Positions 10,709 to 21,181 of a stretch of 23,303 nucleotides of DNA are shown piece by piece. The number at the start of each line of letters is the position of its first letter. Within the stretch, counting starts at the first letter, position 1. The stretch spans positions 24,039,364-24,062,666 of the forward strand of contig JBOZIK010000001.1 in the NCBI GenBank assembly GCA_051453625.1, read 5' to 3'. The position numbers were made by a program, and so were the translations under genes. The notes under the pieces were generated by a model. That model was not told where the DNA came from. It saw nothing but the letters and a program-made list of their open reading frames with translations, and searched no databases. The DNA comes from Welwitschia mirabilis (Eukaryota).

Positions 10709-13700
10709 CTGGTGCAATGAAACAGAATGTCAAATGGTCAGGTCTTTGTTAAGTGATATATGACTGAGTTTTAACAATTACAGTCCACTTCAATGGTGGA
10801 GACCTTGTGCTGGCTAACTAACAAAGTTATGATTTCAATGTCAGTTATTCACATTTTCCACCCCTCCCACCTGACACCCCCACCTCTCTCAACCAAAATC
10901 CACTAAAAGGTGATAATCTTTCCCATTACACAAATACAGCATAAGTACAACAGATATGAAGAAGAAAAATACAAAGCACAAAATGCAGATTTTGTAGAGC
11001 TTGGTAACAAAGGAAACACCTTGAGTGACTTTTGTACTACTCACCTTTGTAATTACAGGAGATTGTTTCCGTGAAGGATGAACTGAATTGGCATTGATAG
11101 ACTCTAAATACTCTAATGTTACTGAAACCTGAAAGATTATGATCATATTAGTGAAAATTTTTTATCGTTTCAGTTAAACACAACTGTAGAATTTGGAAGA
11201 TCAAGGAATTACACTACCTCAGTGCATCTTCTAGACCCTGAGTCATGGAAAAATGTAAGCACTCCTCCAATCTGTGGCAAGGAAAATTACATGTAAAAAT
11301 GGAATGAAAGAAATCACAACATGAAAAGAAACACACAATCTGCTGATATAGCCAAGAATGTCAGCCATATATACCGTATCACCAAAGTAATAAATAGCAT
11401 CTGAGTTTTTGGGAGAGAACCGAACTAAGATCTGATCATCTAATCTGATATTGTAAGACCTGCCTCTGACAAACGTATCTGTTCAAAAAAGTAAGATAAA
11501 TTGATCTCTCAAAATTTTTAAAAATCAGGATCCCTCAAGTCATCTAACAGTTAAAATCAGAAGCAAAATATTTTAAAGGGTAAGAATAAACAACATACCA
11601 GAAGTTGAAACTTCATTGGTGGTTTCTATATTGTTTGACTCTAGTTGCATGCCATTTTCTGTGATAAGAGGTCAAAATGTGTCTAAGCTCAAAAGAATTG
11701 CTTCTTCTATGCATGATTCAAATGTAATGGAAGTTACTTAGCAGATTATATCACAAAGAGATCTAATGTGACATGAAATGTTAACATCAGCCTTTTGTAA
11801 TCCTTTTACTAATTTTGTGATATGTGGAGTTAGCTTTGCGAGTATAATTTTGTCAATCATTCCTGAGAGGGTTAGATCCATTGTCACTCCACATCTTTCT
11901 GTGTCCCTCCCAACTACATGATACTATCAATCCAACTCTTCTATGTGTTTCTTGCATACGAATTAAGCCAGTCTTCCTTACAGGTCATTTCAATCCACCG
12001 TTCATTGGGTACCCAATTTTAGCCCCCAAACAGACAAGGGAGGAGGGTCAGCATTAACATCTGGCATCCAGTGGAAGTTTGTCTGAGGTACAAAATGAAA
12101 GTCAGACACCTTCTTGACTGGGGAAATGGAAAGTGACATTGCTCTCTCTCCCTCTCTCTCTCTCTCAATGCAGCTACATGGAAGGTCCAAATAGAAGTCC
12201 AAGAAGTTATAAACTTATCAGGTTGAAGTACCCCGTAGCTGTGGGAAAAAAGTGTGGTGGAAGCTAACTTTGCGTCATGTTGCAAGTCTTGAAAAGTGTC
12301 AAAGAAATATTGTAACACAGCTGAAAGAAAGCTTGACACAAGGTCAAGCAGAAACAAGAACCTGTGTATCTTAAAGGGGTTCTGCAGGTAACAAACAATA
12401 GCAGAACTTCTGAAGTCTGCCATAGCATTCTAAAAGAAACCTATTCTTGCAAAATGATTTAAGCTTTTGGGTCCAAAAGCTGCACAAAATGTAGATTTGA
12501 TTATCATGCAGTAAAACTTAGTTTAAAACAGAGCCCTTCAAAACCCAATAGAGATGCCTCCATGATCTAATCTTCTTGTGTTTATGAGATAACCTTTTTT
12601 GCGTTCAATTCTTATGCAAATCTTCTAAAAAATGATAGATGTTTCAGTTTTACTAGGTAAGAAACAAACCCATCATTATTTAGAAAAATCATCAACCATA
12701 ACGAGAAAATATTTTTTTTATGTCCAATGCTTGAAGTTTGAGTAGGTCCTATTAACTCCTTATGAATGAGTTCAAAAGGCCTAACTTGAGGTAATATCCC
12801 TCTTGATTTTGAAACAAGACTTAGCCAACTTTTCCAGAAGATTTACATACCTTACCATGGCACATGTTTAACTTTGAAATGCCATGAATAAGTTCTTTGT
12901 TGGATATTGTCTTGAGATCTTTAAAATTCACCCAACGTTGACCTTTTCTAATAGAGCTAGGTAGCAACTATTGTTAGTTTTATCATTAATTGTCAAAACA
13001 TATGTGCAACTAGATTTATATTAACAAGAACCAAGTTCATTAGTAGTGCCATTTCTGATTTCACACTTATCTTTATGAAATACAACAATATTTCCTCTAT
13101 CACAAATTTGAGAAATACTTAATAAAGTGTGCTTCGAACCATCAACTAGGCATACATCATTAATAGTAGAATGGTTCCCAATAGTAGCAATAGTACCCTT
13201 ACCAACGATTCACTTTCACTATTGTCACCAAATGCAACTTTTCCACCATCATAATTAGTTAAAGAACTAAAGAACCTCTTCTCACCTGTCATATGGTCAG
13301 AACAACCATTATCCAAGTACCATTTGGTGGTATCATAAACTTTGAAGGCAGTGTAAGCAAAACGTGCTTTGATAGCATACTTTCTTATCAGTTTCCACTT
13401 TGCTTTGTTGGCTTCCTTCTTTGAGCAGCTACTTGAAGTTGCTCTTTTGCTATAAACTTCAAATTACCATAGCCAAAATACAAAGATTTCTAGTGTGGAC
13501 ATGCAACACATGGCCATACTCTTAACAATAAAGCATCTTAACGTGATCTTGGAAAATGAGCTACTAGGAAAACTAGCCTTAACAAAATTTATGAAGTTTA
13601 TGTGATTGAAAGAGTTACCAATCCTAGATTTATTGTAAGGTTTTTTATCTCTTCCCATAAAAGTGTCAAGATTTTTTTCCCCATTTGTAAATCTTTGAGC

Positions 13701-16700
13701 TGTCATCTTTGCATCCTCAAGTTTTCAATGATGATGCTCAATCCTAAGGTTAGCACTTATAAGTCCGGATTCTGAATAAGAGATCTGAGTTTTCAAGATC
13801 ACATTTTTCTGGCCAAAATCAATACTAGTGTGACATAGTTTTCCCTCTACAAGATTAATGTTATCATGAAGATCTTCATCTAAATCTGATATAGATGTGC
13901 ATTCCTCCGCATCATTTTCCTCTATGGCTATCAAACCACAACCAAAATGTCTACATACACCACCTTTTTTCATGAATTAAATCAAACCATAACTAAGAGT
14001 CAAATCATTGTCGCTTGATTATGAGAATTCTTCTTCATTTTGGTTATTGTCACCATCATCCCAAGTAACCTTAAGCACTTTCTTCCCTATGCCTTTAGGC
14101 TTCTTGTCCTTCTCTTTGTTAACACAATCTGCAACAATATGGCCATATCTCTTGCATTCATAACACTGAACCTGAATAGAAGAAAAAGACTTAGCTTTTC
14201 GTGAGTCAAAACCCCTTCTATTCCTATTCCTGAAAAACTCGATTTTTATGATTACACTGGTAAGAATTCAGCTAAAGGAGATTTATTCCGAGCAGGCGCG
14301 ATGGATAGTAGAGATGGAATAGCTGTTGGTTGGTTGGGACATCCTATTTTCAAAGATAAAGAGGGAAATGAGCTTTTTGTACAGTTTTGCTAGAAGCTTT
14401 GTTGTCTTTTTTCTTGTTTAGAAATCTTCTAGAGTTTCTTGCGAGAAATGCTAGATCATCATCTTATAAATCTTTATTGAAGCTACTCGTTCTTCATCTT
14501 CTTAGCAACCCCCCACGAATCTCTTCAATTTCAAGAGATACCATAGGCTAGCAAGGAACCTTTAAGTCCTTTTACTTTGAACTTATTTGTATCATTACTT
14601 TCATCCATGCTAGTGATTTCAGGTTTTACGTTTTAGTAATGCTATCATTATTTTTCAAATAGCTTTATTCTTAAGCACACACTCACCTCCTCTCCACATG
14701 CCATTTACTAATGGTTTATTTTTAGGGTATACTCAACTACTGATTTCATTCTCTTACATTTTTATACTTTCGAACTTGGTTGCAAACATTTGCAACTTCT
14801 TAAAGACACTACTGCCTTCATGAGTTGCTTCAAGTGTCCCCCAAACTACCTTTGTAATTAAGCATTTTATAACTATATTGTATTCTTCAAGAGATAAGGC
14901 ACAAATTACAGCATTCATACCCTTGGTATTCAGAGCAGCTTCCTTCTTGTGATCAGCATCCCACTTGTTTCTTGGTGTTGGCACCTTAAATCCAACTATA
15001 TTGGCATTTTTTGATAAAAAGTACCCATCAAGAACCATTTTCCCAAGTTCACAAGTAATTGATTGCAAGAAGATTGCCATCTATGATTTTTAATAGGCAC
15101 AATTTGATCCTAAAAACAATCTTGTAAATGAAAGAGGAGTTGCAACAGAGTGTCCCTTTTGAATGCTTATAGAAGCCATGCTAGGATGAAGCTCCTGAAA
15201 CTAAAGAAATAACAATCTTGAGTGACAAAGCTTTGATACCAATTGTTAAAGGATCTTTATCCCTGTAGAGTGGGGGTGAATAGGGTGTTTGTAACTTCTA
15301 AATAAGACTTATAACTACGCTAGAAAATTTGCTAAAGTACAGCAAGCAAAGAACAAGAAAACATACACACAAAAAACATTTAGAGTGGTTCAGCATAACC
15401 CTACTACAGTCTCAAGGGCAGCAATAAGCCTTCGGCTTCCTAATTCCCTTCCAAAATCTTGTCTTTACAAGTACAAGCAATCTTTTCAACTCTCGGGCCC
15501 TTTTCCTTACAAGGAGCTTCCATTCACGATCAAAGGAGTTCACAAGAGAGAAACACAACTGACTCTAATACAAGGTGTTGTTTATGTGTTAGGTATCAGC
15601 TCTAAGTAAAATGCAATAAAATGATTATAAGTTTAGCTCATAAAGAAAAAAGAATAGCTGATAAATAAGAACAAGAGAGTAACAGCACTAGGAAGAATGA
15701 AGACTATGTCTTTTAATGCACGCAATTCCAAGTAGTTGTTGAAGCACTCCGAGAATCTTTCACAACTTCAACTAAATTTACCCCTAAGAGATCCTTGATT
15801 GGTTCCCAACAATTCTACCAACCACCATTGATTTTGATCTAATTTCGTGCAAAGCAACTGACTAATCATTTTGATTTAACTACCCAATTAAAAGTTTGGA
15901 TGTCCCACTCGCAAAGGTTAGATATCCCACTATCCATTTAGGTTTAATGTGCTACTGAAACGTTTGGCATGTCCCACTAGAAAGCCCTAGACTTCTCCAT
16001 TTCATAGTCACCAAGAACATGACTAGGAGTCACTGGAATGTCCCACACAAGGACGCAGGACGTCTTGGCATGAAATAGAAGTCATAATTTGAGCACCAAA
16101 GACTTGAAAGATGATCTCAAAACATGGACTATAGTTCGCTTATCATGAAACATCTGACTTCACCAACAACAATGCCCACTGAAATAGATGTGTTAAGGCA
16201 ACAACTAACTCCCACTGAAATAGATATGTTAAGGCTACAACTGAAAACTCTGTTGATGCTGAAGAGGGGTAGCTACAAATATCAAAAAAACATATAAATG
16301 TCTAAGATATGATTGCACAGGTACTATGCTCCACTCCATTTGCTTTACTTCGCAACATGTCTTCACTATGTTTCCTGAGTTCACTCCGCTTCAATAGTCT
16401 AGTCCATTGTGCCCTCTCTGCTTCACTTGAGCTATTCTATTCCAATTCATTTATAGAATAGTACCTCCTCCAACTAATTGTCTCTGTTCCACTTTCCTTC
16501 ATAGAATAGTACCTCCTTCGACTAATTGTCAAAATGAAGCACTCTACAAACCATTAGCTTTGATACCAGTTGTTACACAATCATGACAAACAATAGAAAC
16601 ATAATAGCAAAAGAAAACAACCATAGCAAAAACAACAAACAAAGACAGAGAGATTAACATGCATTGGGCCTTCTCTAATCTCAAAACATGGAGTATAGTA

Positions 16701-18535
16701 GCTTATTATTGAAACATCTGATTCTACCAACAACAACTCCCACTAAAATAGATATGTAAAGTCTACAACTAAAAACTACCTCTGTTAATGCAAAAAGAAG
16801 GGTAGCCACAAATATCCAAAAAAACATACGAGTGTCTAAGATATGATTGCATAGGCGCTATGCTGAACTCTATTCGCTTTACTTCACAACATGTCTTCAC
16901 TATGTTTGCTCCATTCACTCTGCTACAATAGTCAACTCCATGTTGCCCTCTCCACTTCACTTGTGCTGCTCTACTTCGCTTCATTCATAGAACACTACCT
17001 TCTTTGACTAATTGTCAAAACGAAGTACTCCACACACCATAGCTTTGATACGAGTTGTTATGATATCATGACAAAAAATACAAACATAATCGCAAAAGAA
17101 AACAATAGTAGTAAAAACAAGAAACAAAGACAGAGAGATTAATGTGAATTAGGCCTTTTCTGCTCTACCTCCACAGAACAATGCAGCCCTCTATTAGATT
17201 TAAAACAGCCCAAAGACACAAGCCATTTTTGATAGTTAAAGCAACAGCCAACAACTTTTTACCTGCTACCTCAATTCATGACTCCTTCTAAAGAGTTATT
17301 TTAGGGTTAGAATCCTAAAGTAGCCAGGAGTTAACATTGACTTAACCTCAACTCACATAAGATAAATGATAATTATCCATTCACAACATTTAAAAAGGTG
17401 AGACATTAAGCCAATAAAAACAAACTGAATAAAACATAGTAAAAGAGAAATCTTTCACTGCACTTTTGCTAACAGTTTACTTACTGATTTCTTGATAAAA
17501 TTTGCTTAACCGATTTAGTGAACATTTTGGAAACAAAAATGAAAACACGCATAAACATTATAAATTACAAGGATGCTGTGCCTCTCAAGTCAATGCCAAA
17601 ATAAAAACCCTCTTAAGACATTCATAGCCACATGTAACTCTTGATTTTCATCAAGAATGCGTTACATAGGGCCTGATAAAATCTGCAAAAGCCAAACAAG
17701 TATCAAGATTCTATTGAACAATGAAATAGAAGGAGAACCAAAATGAATATATGCCCCTAGATCTAACATCTTTCAAACTGAATCTTGCCTCGATAGATAA
17801 GATGCATAGAATGTGGACATTTATTGTAGAAAATTGACTTGTAAATCAGCTATTCACAATCAAAATATGAAATTGCATTATTAATTTTATTAAGCTTGAC
17901 AACACGCTGTCAACTCTTGGCCACCAAATACTTACATGAAGTTTACTGAATCAGCAATTTCAGGGACTTTCAGAACAGAGATTAATGATAATGTTGGCCA
18001 TCATTGAGATAGGGAGAAAAAATTGAACAGAAATTTCCCACAGAATTGATACAATCAAATGTTGAGAGCTTTAAATACACAATGTTTACCGGTTTCAGCT
18101 TCACATCTTCCTTTCGAAAGTGATGGTGACAACGGAGAAGACACTCTAAACGAGCCAAAGGCACTTTTGTCTGCATAAAGAGAATTTCTTGGTGTAGTCA
18201 AAGGTGACTGCAGCAATGAGTGTTCACTAGATATACTTTCCTGTCTATGGTGATTTCCAGCATGACCATCTTCAGTAACACTATTAATCTCATTTCCCTG
18301 GCTCTAACAGAAGTATAATGTAAGAAAATCAGCAAATTAGTAACTAACAAAAAACAAACATTTAAGGCCCATAAATTGCAATTTGTTTAATCAATACCAT
18401 CCTCTAGTGTGCAAGTAAACCGAAGGAAAGAAAGGGGAAAAAAATTAACAAACAAGTATCAAAATTTTACCCAGACGAGGCTATCCTTCTCTTTAAAAAA
18501 TATTTCCATGTGATGAGGCCATATGCATTCTGAAT
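10560..18535 (-). CDS. RGP1: RGP1-family protein (RAB6A-GEF complex partner protein 2 / Rgp1), partial multi-exon gene: join 18471-18535, 18090-18303, 11599-11658, 11375-11478, 11218-11271, 11045-11128, 10560-10708
   Basis: Spliced frame is open: (D)[30 protein letters not shown]...[155 protein letters not shown]. This matches recalled plant Rgp1 motifs. All six introns between these exons are GT-AG, and the retrocopy independently confirms the junctions. Confidence 0.9.
11045..11128 (-). CDS. RGP1: RGP1 exon (84 nt)
   Basis: Acceptor ctttcAG, donor GTgagt. [28 protein letters not shown]. Matches 9563-9646. Confidence 0.93.
11218..11271 (-). CDS. RGP1: RGP1 exon (54 nt)
   Basis: Acceptor gccacAG, donor GTagtg. 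[18 protein letters not shown]. Matches 9647-9700. Confidence 0.93.
11375..11478 (-). CDS. RGP1: RGP1 exon (104 nt)
   Basis: Acceptor tgaacAG, donor GTatat. [35 protein letters not shown]. Matches 9701-9804. Confidence 0.93.
11599..11658 (-). CDS. RGP1: RGP1 exon (60 nt)
   Basis: Acceptor atcacAG, donor GTatgt. [20 protein letters not shown]. Matches 9805-9864. Confidence 0.92.
12142..12166. repeat. Interrupted (CT)n microsatellite
   Basis: ctctctctc cctctctctc tctctc. Confidence 0.9.
12470..15179 (-). pseudogene. Degenerate copia gag-pol (gag UBN2, zinc knuckles, aspartic protease, integrase N-terminal part)
   Basis: ATG at 15179. [34 protein letters not shown]...[11 protein letters not shown]...[24 protein letters not shown] ~14125-14166. 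[16 protein letters not shown]...GGKVAFGDN ~13220-13326. [26 protein letters not shown] and RLDHGG at 12555-12782. Many stops and frameshifts. Confidence 0.9.
14226..14382 (+). pseudogene. psbB: Nuclear copy of plastid DNA (NUPT): psbB (photosystem II CP47) internal fragment inserted in copia gag
   Basis: 14226-14381 translates [52 protein letters not shown]. Recalled CP47 sequence: [24 protein letters not shown](S/A)[15 protein letters not shown](I/V)F(R/K)DKEG(R/N)ELFV. Confidence 0.95.
15230..15241 (-). other. Primer binding site (tRNA-iMet) of the SIRE element
   Basis: Minus strand: ...TTTAACA-AT-TGGTATCAAAGC (consensus TGGTATCAGAGC). Confidence 0.9.
15244..16168 (-). repeat. 5' LTR of SIRE-like element (~925 bp)
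   Basis: Minus strand TGTTGGTGAAG...CCTTTAACA. C-rich motif (gagtgggggtgaatagg on +, ~15268-15284). Repeated (g/c/a)atgtccca motifs ~15898-16045. The 5' end could be 16171. Confidence 0.75.
16114..17160. repeat. Diverged tandem duplication (16114-16677 and 16678-~17160); each unit has LTR end, PBS, non-coding internal region, PPT-like site and LTR start (TRIM-like)
   Basis: Both units start atctcaaaacatgga and end aaagacagagagattaa...ggcctt. PBS at 16557-16568 and 17042-17053. cccact(g/a)aaatagat PPT-like sites next to ccaacaaca at ~16172 and ~16736. Confidence 0.88.
17056..17388 (-). repeat. Putative short copia-type LTR (~333 bp) upstream of the third PBS
   Basis: Minus strand TGTTGTGAATGG...CATAACA followed by AC-TCGTATCAAAGC. 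Internal GTGGAGGTAG...CACATTAATCTCTCTGTC resembles the copia U5 motif GTGGACGTAG...CACGTTAAATCT. Confidence 0.55.
18090..18303 (-). CDS. RGP1: RGP1 exon (214 nt)
   Basis: Acceptor ctgttAG, donor GTaaac. [71 protein letters not shown]. Matches 9865-10079. Confidence 0.92.
18471..18535 (-). CDS. RGP1: RGP1 exon (65 nt)
   Basis: Acceptor attgcAG, donor GTaaaa. (D)[21 protein letters not shown]. Matches 10080-10144. Confidence 0.92.
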
Positions 18536-19949
18536 CTGCAATGTAAAAGTGTTACAATAAATGCCTTAAGAAACATCAGAAACAAACAAAAAAATATCAT
18601 TTTTTCCCTCTTGGATGACAAGAGATAAATGATTTGGCACATTTAGCTTTTGATATTGGCATACAAAAATATTTTATCAACAACAATTGATAACCACTTC
18701 CATATTCTTTAGGCTTGTTCAGACGTACAACATAATGAAGAAGAAGATCATCCAAGAAATACAAGATATGACTATTTGAGTTTCAACAAAACTTTGGCAG
18801 TGGAGATCATGAAAGTGCTCAGCAATTCAGCAGCATTTTTTGCTTCACACTCCTCACCAACTTCCAAGTAATAATTCTATACAGTGTAAGTAGCTCTATA
18901 ACAAACAGATAAAGTGATTCAGCTAAACTAAACTTCAATTTTTGCCAAAGTCTATGTTCTTTTTTACAAGATTCTAAAAACGAATTAAAATTTGCTAGTT
19001 GATGCAAATTATCAAATGTGTCTATTATTCACATCCCTTGTCTACTCGTTTGATTTCAGATGGATATCAATCACATGTAGACAGCACATTCTAATTCACT
19101 TTTTAGAAACTTGTAGCAATGAAACCTAGACGAATTTTCAGCCCTGTGGCTTATATAGAGAGAAATTGTCAATTAAATCCTAAAAAGTCAAGGTAATCCT
19201 TGTCTATGTATATTAAATGACATGAGTCTTGAATGGGCAATAGCTTCATGTCATAGAGTTATCATACCCTGCAAAAAGCTTATCTGAAGCTTCAAGAATC
19301 CATACCAAAGCACCAAAAAAATTCTGAAAAAACAAAATAACCAATTTTCGGCACAATCAGACACCTTCAGATGATACTCCTCCCTCATGGAACCTACTCA
19401 CGTCTTGGGTGTGACCACACCCCTCATAGGCAACATCACATCCATGCCTATTCGGACACAATCCTATTTGGACACTCACATCCTGGGTGTCCCCAAGGTT
19501 TCATCCATCTTTCCTCTCAACCAATTGTGCAATAGAAGCATGCATGCGCTCCCCTTTTAATTAAATCAGCCACTCTTGAAAGCAAACAGAGGTGGAAAAA
19601 GGCAAAGTTTCCATTCTTTTAGCAACAAAAATTGGGTTTTTGGAAGTTGCTATTTGGAAACACTTTGTAAGTGAATTCAGTCAATGACTCAATGTACATT
19701 ATTTTTTAACTGCGATCAGTTTACATGGCAATTATTTTCAAAGACTGAAGTTGCTTCATTTCCCTCGCTGTTGTCCACCAGCCTTCACCCATTTCTGCTT
19801 GCATAAACAGCATCACTGCTTGTTGCCCTTTCATTGAAGCAAATGTAGCTATACACGAAGGTAACTCCTATTACAATTCAATGCTCATTAAGAGCTACAT
19901 ATAACATGAGTAAAGATTAGCTTTTGACAGTTGTGTGCCAAAGATGCAC

Positions 19950-20618
19950 TGATCGTCAATGTGTTTTCAACACTCCAGTCTTTCAATAAGATAGCTTAGT
20001 GAAGTGCAGAAGAAAGAAAAGAGAGAGGGAAAGAAAGGGATAGCTCAGTCTGATACAATTCTTTTTGCAATACATCAAAATGATATCACAGTCAAGCTGC
20101 TCTTTGATCTTCTATATAACTAGGTTATATACCCTCCTTTTCTAGTTGTTAGATCCTCGAATAAGGTGCAATGAGGCTTGAGTGTCTTGCCAGAGGATAT
20201 CCTAGCCGTTTTCCCCTTGGTAGTTGCACTTCTCTAGTCAAAAAGGTCATCTCTCTGCTCCAATGTTCGCCCATTCGAACATCCCATTCGAACAGCCCGA
20301 ATGTCCCATCTTTTTACTATTAAAACTGAATGCATCCCAGGCGTCCCGGTTTGACAGGTCAAATATCCCCATAGTTTCCAACATATTTTATCTCGGACAT
20401 CCCGGTTTGACAGGTCAGACATCCGCATACTATGAACCTGAGTTTTTCCCGGACGTCCCGATGTGCCAGCTCAAACATCCCGATCCGATTCCCTTGGAAA
20501 ATCTCCGGATTTGATTGATCTCTTCGTTTTTGCTAGTCTTCAGATTCATAGGTTCTCAGGAAAGCTTTCATTTAGCTTGATAAGAATTATTTCATCATCA
20601 TTGAAACTTTTTTATCCA
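19950..20618 (-). repeat. 3' LTR of second SIRE-like element (3' terminus not identified)
   Basis: Starts TG right after the PPT AAAGTGGGAGAGT. Repeats: cccattcgaaca x2 (20270-20294), tcccggtttgacaggtca x2 (20344, 20400), ggac(g/a)tcc. TATA-like GGTATATAAC on minus ~20124-20133, followed by a CT-rich leader. Confidence 0.65.
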
Positions 20619-21181
20619 ACTCTCCCACTTTCAATGATGACAACCCTCTCTTCAATAAATCTTCTTGAGGGAACGCAGTGGGTTGAAAAGCTACTTGCTC
20701 CCCCTAAATTTGTGCTCCTCATGATCCTGCACACATTAAACTCTGACAAGATGTACTTGTACAATCTCCTCAATTCATTAGTTCAAATGATATCATGGGT
20801 ATAAAACAAGTTTGTTGTAAAACAATTTCTTCAACATGTTAGCTTAACCACTAATGATACATATAATAGATAGTTTGATTGCCACTACACACAAAAATTT
20901 TACTTTTGCTCAGAAGATAGACTTGTTACCATATATAAGAAAAATACTTAGTACGAGTAGGCTTCAAACATACGCAAATTAGACATAATTTTGTAAGTTT
21001 TATTCTATCTTTTCTTCCCCTTTGTCATCATTGAAAGTAAAAAAAATAGTAAGTACATACAAAAACCAGTTTATATTATTACAAAATTGTTGTGAAGTGA
21101 GAAGATCAGATACAAGAAGAATATGATACAAGCAGAAGAAGGAAGCTAATCAAAAGAGTGTTCAGAGTGAGACGGGTGCTG

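Larger units (their letters stand above)
12465..16168 (-). mobile_element. Ty1/copia LTR retrotransposon, Sirevirus (SIRE/Maximus)-like; 5' LTR-PBS-gag-PR-partial integrase, 3'-truncated; inside an RGP1 intron
   Basis: LTR with the C-rich ATTCACCCCCACTCTA motif near its 3' end, Met-i PBS, two zinc knuckles, [13 protein letters not shown] protease, integrase N-terminal motifs. No RT/RNase H or 3' LTR found. Confidence 0.88.

Noticed and set aside
12019-12423. 134-aa minus-strand ORF
   Set aside because: No domain; the RERERE stretch comes from the CT microsatellite; intronic and absent from the retrocopy. The + strand at 11850-12060 has only faint LINE-like words, too weak to call.
16114-17160. 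CRISPR-like repeat-spacer array
   Set aside because: Eukaryotic context; the repeats are long diverged duplications with homologous, not unique, intervening sequence; no cas genes.
17570-17950. Additional RGP1 exons (acceptor-like ttttgcag ~17684-17691; donor-like gtaagta ~17929-17935)
   Set aside because: The retrocopy joins 18090 directly to 11658 in frame, so no constitutive exon lies here. Alternative splicing cannot be assessed from sequence alone.
18940-19075. Possible + strand SIRE LTR end with PBS (tattcacatccct...ttcagatggatatca)
   Set aside because: Too many mismatches to both the C-rich motif and the PBS, and no adjoining gag.
20224-20804. ORFs 20224-20514, 20234-20428 and 20463-20804
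   Set aside because: They overlap the LTR repeat-motif and PPT region; no protein similarity recognised.
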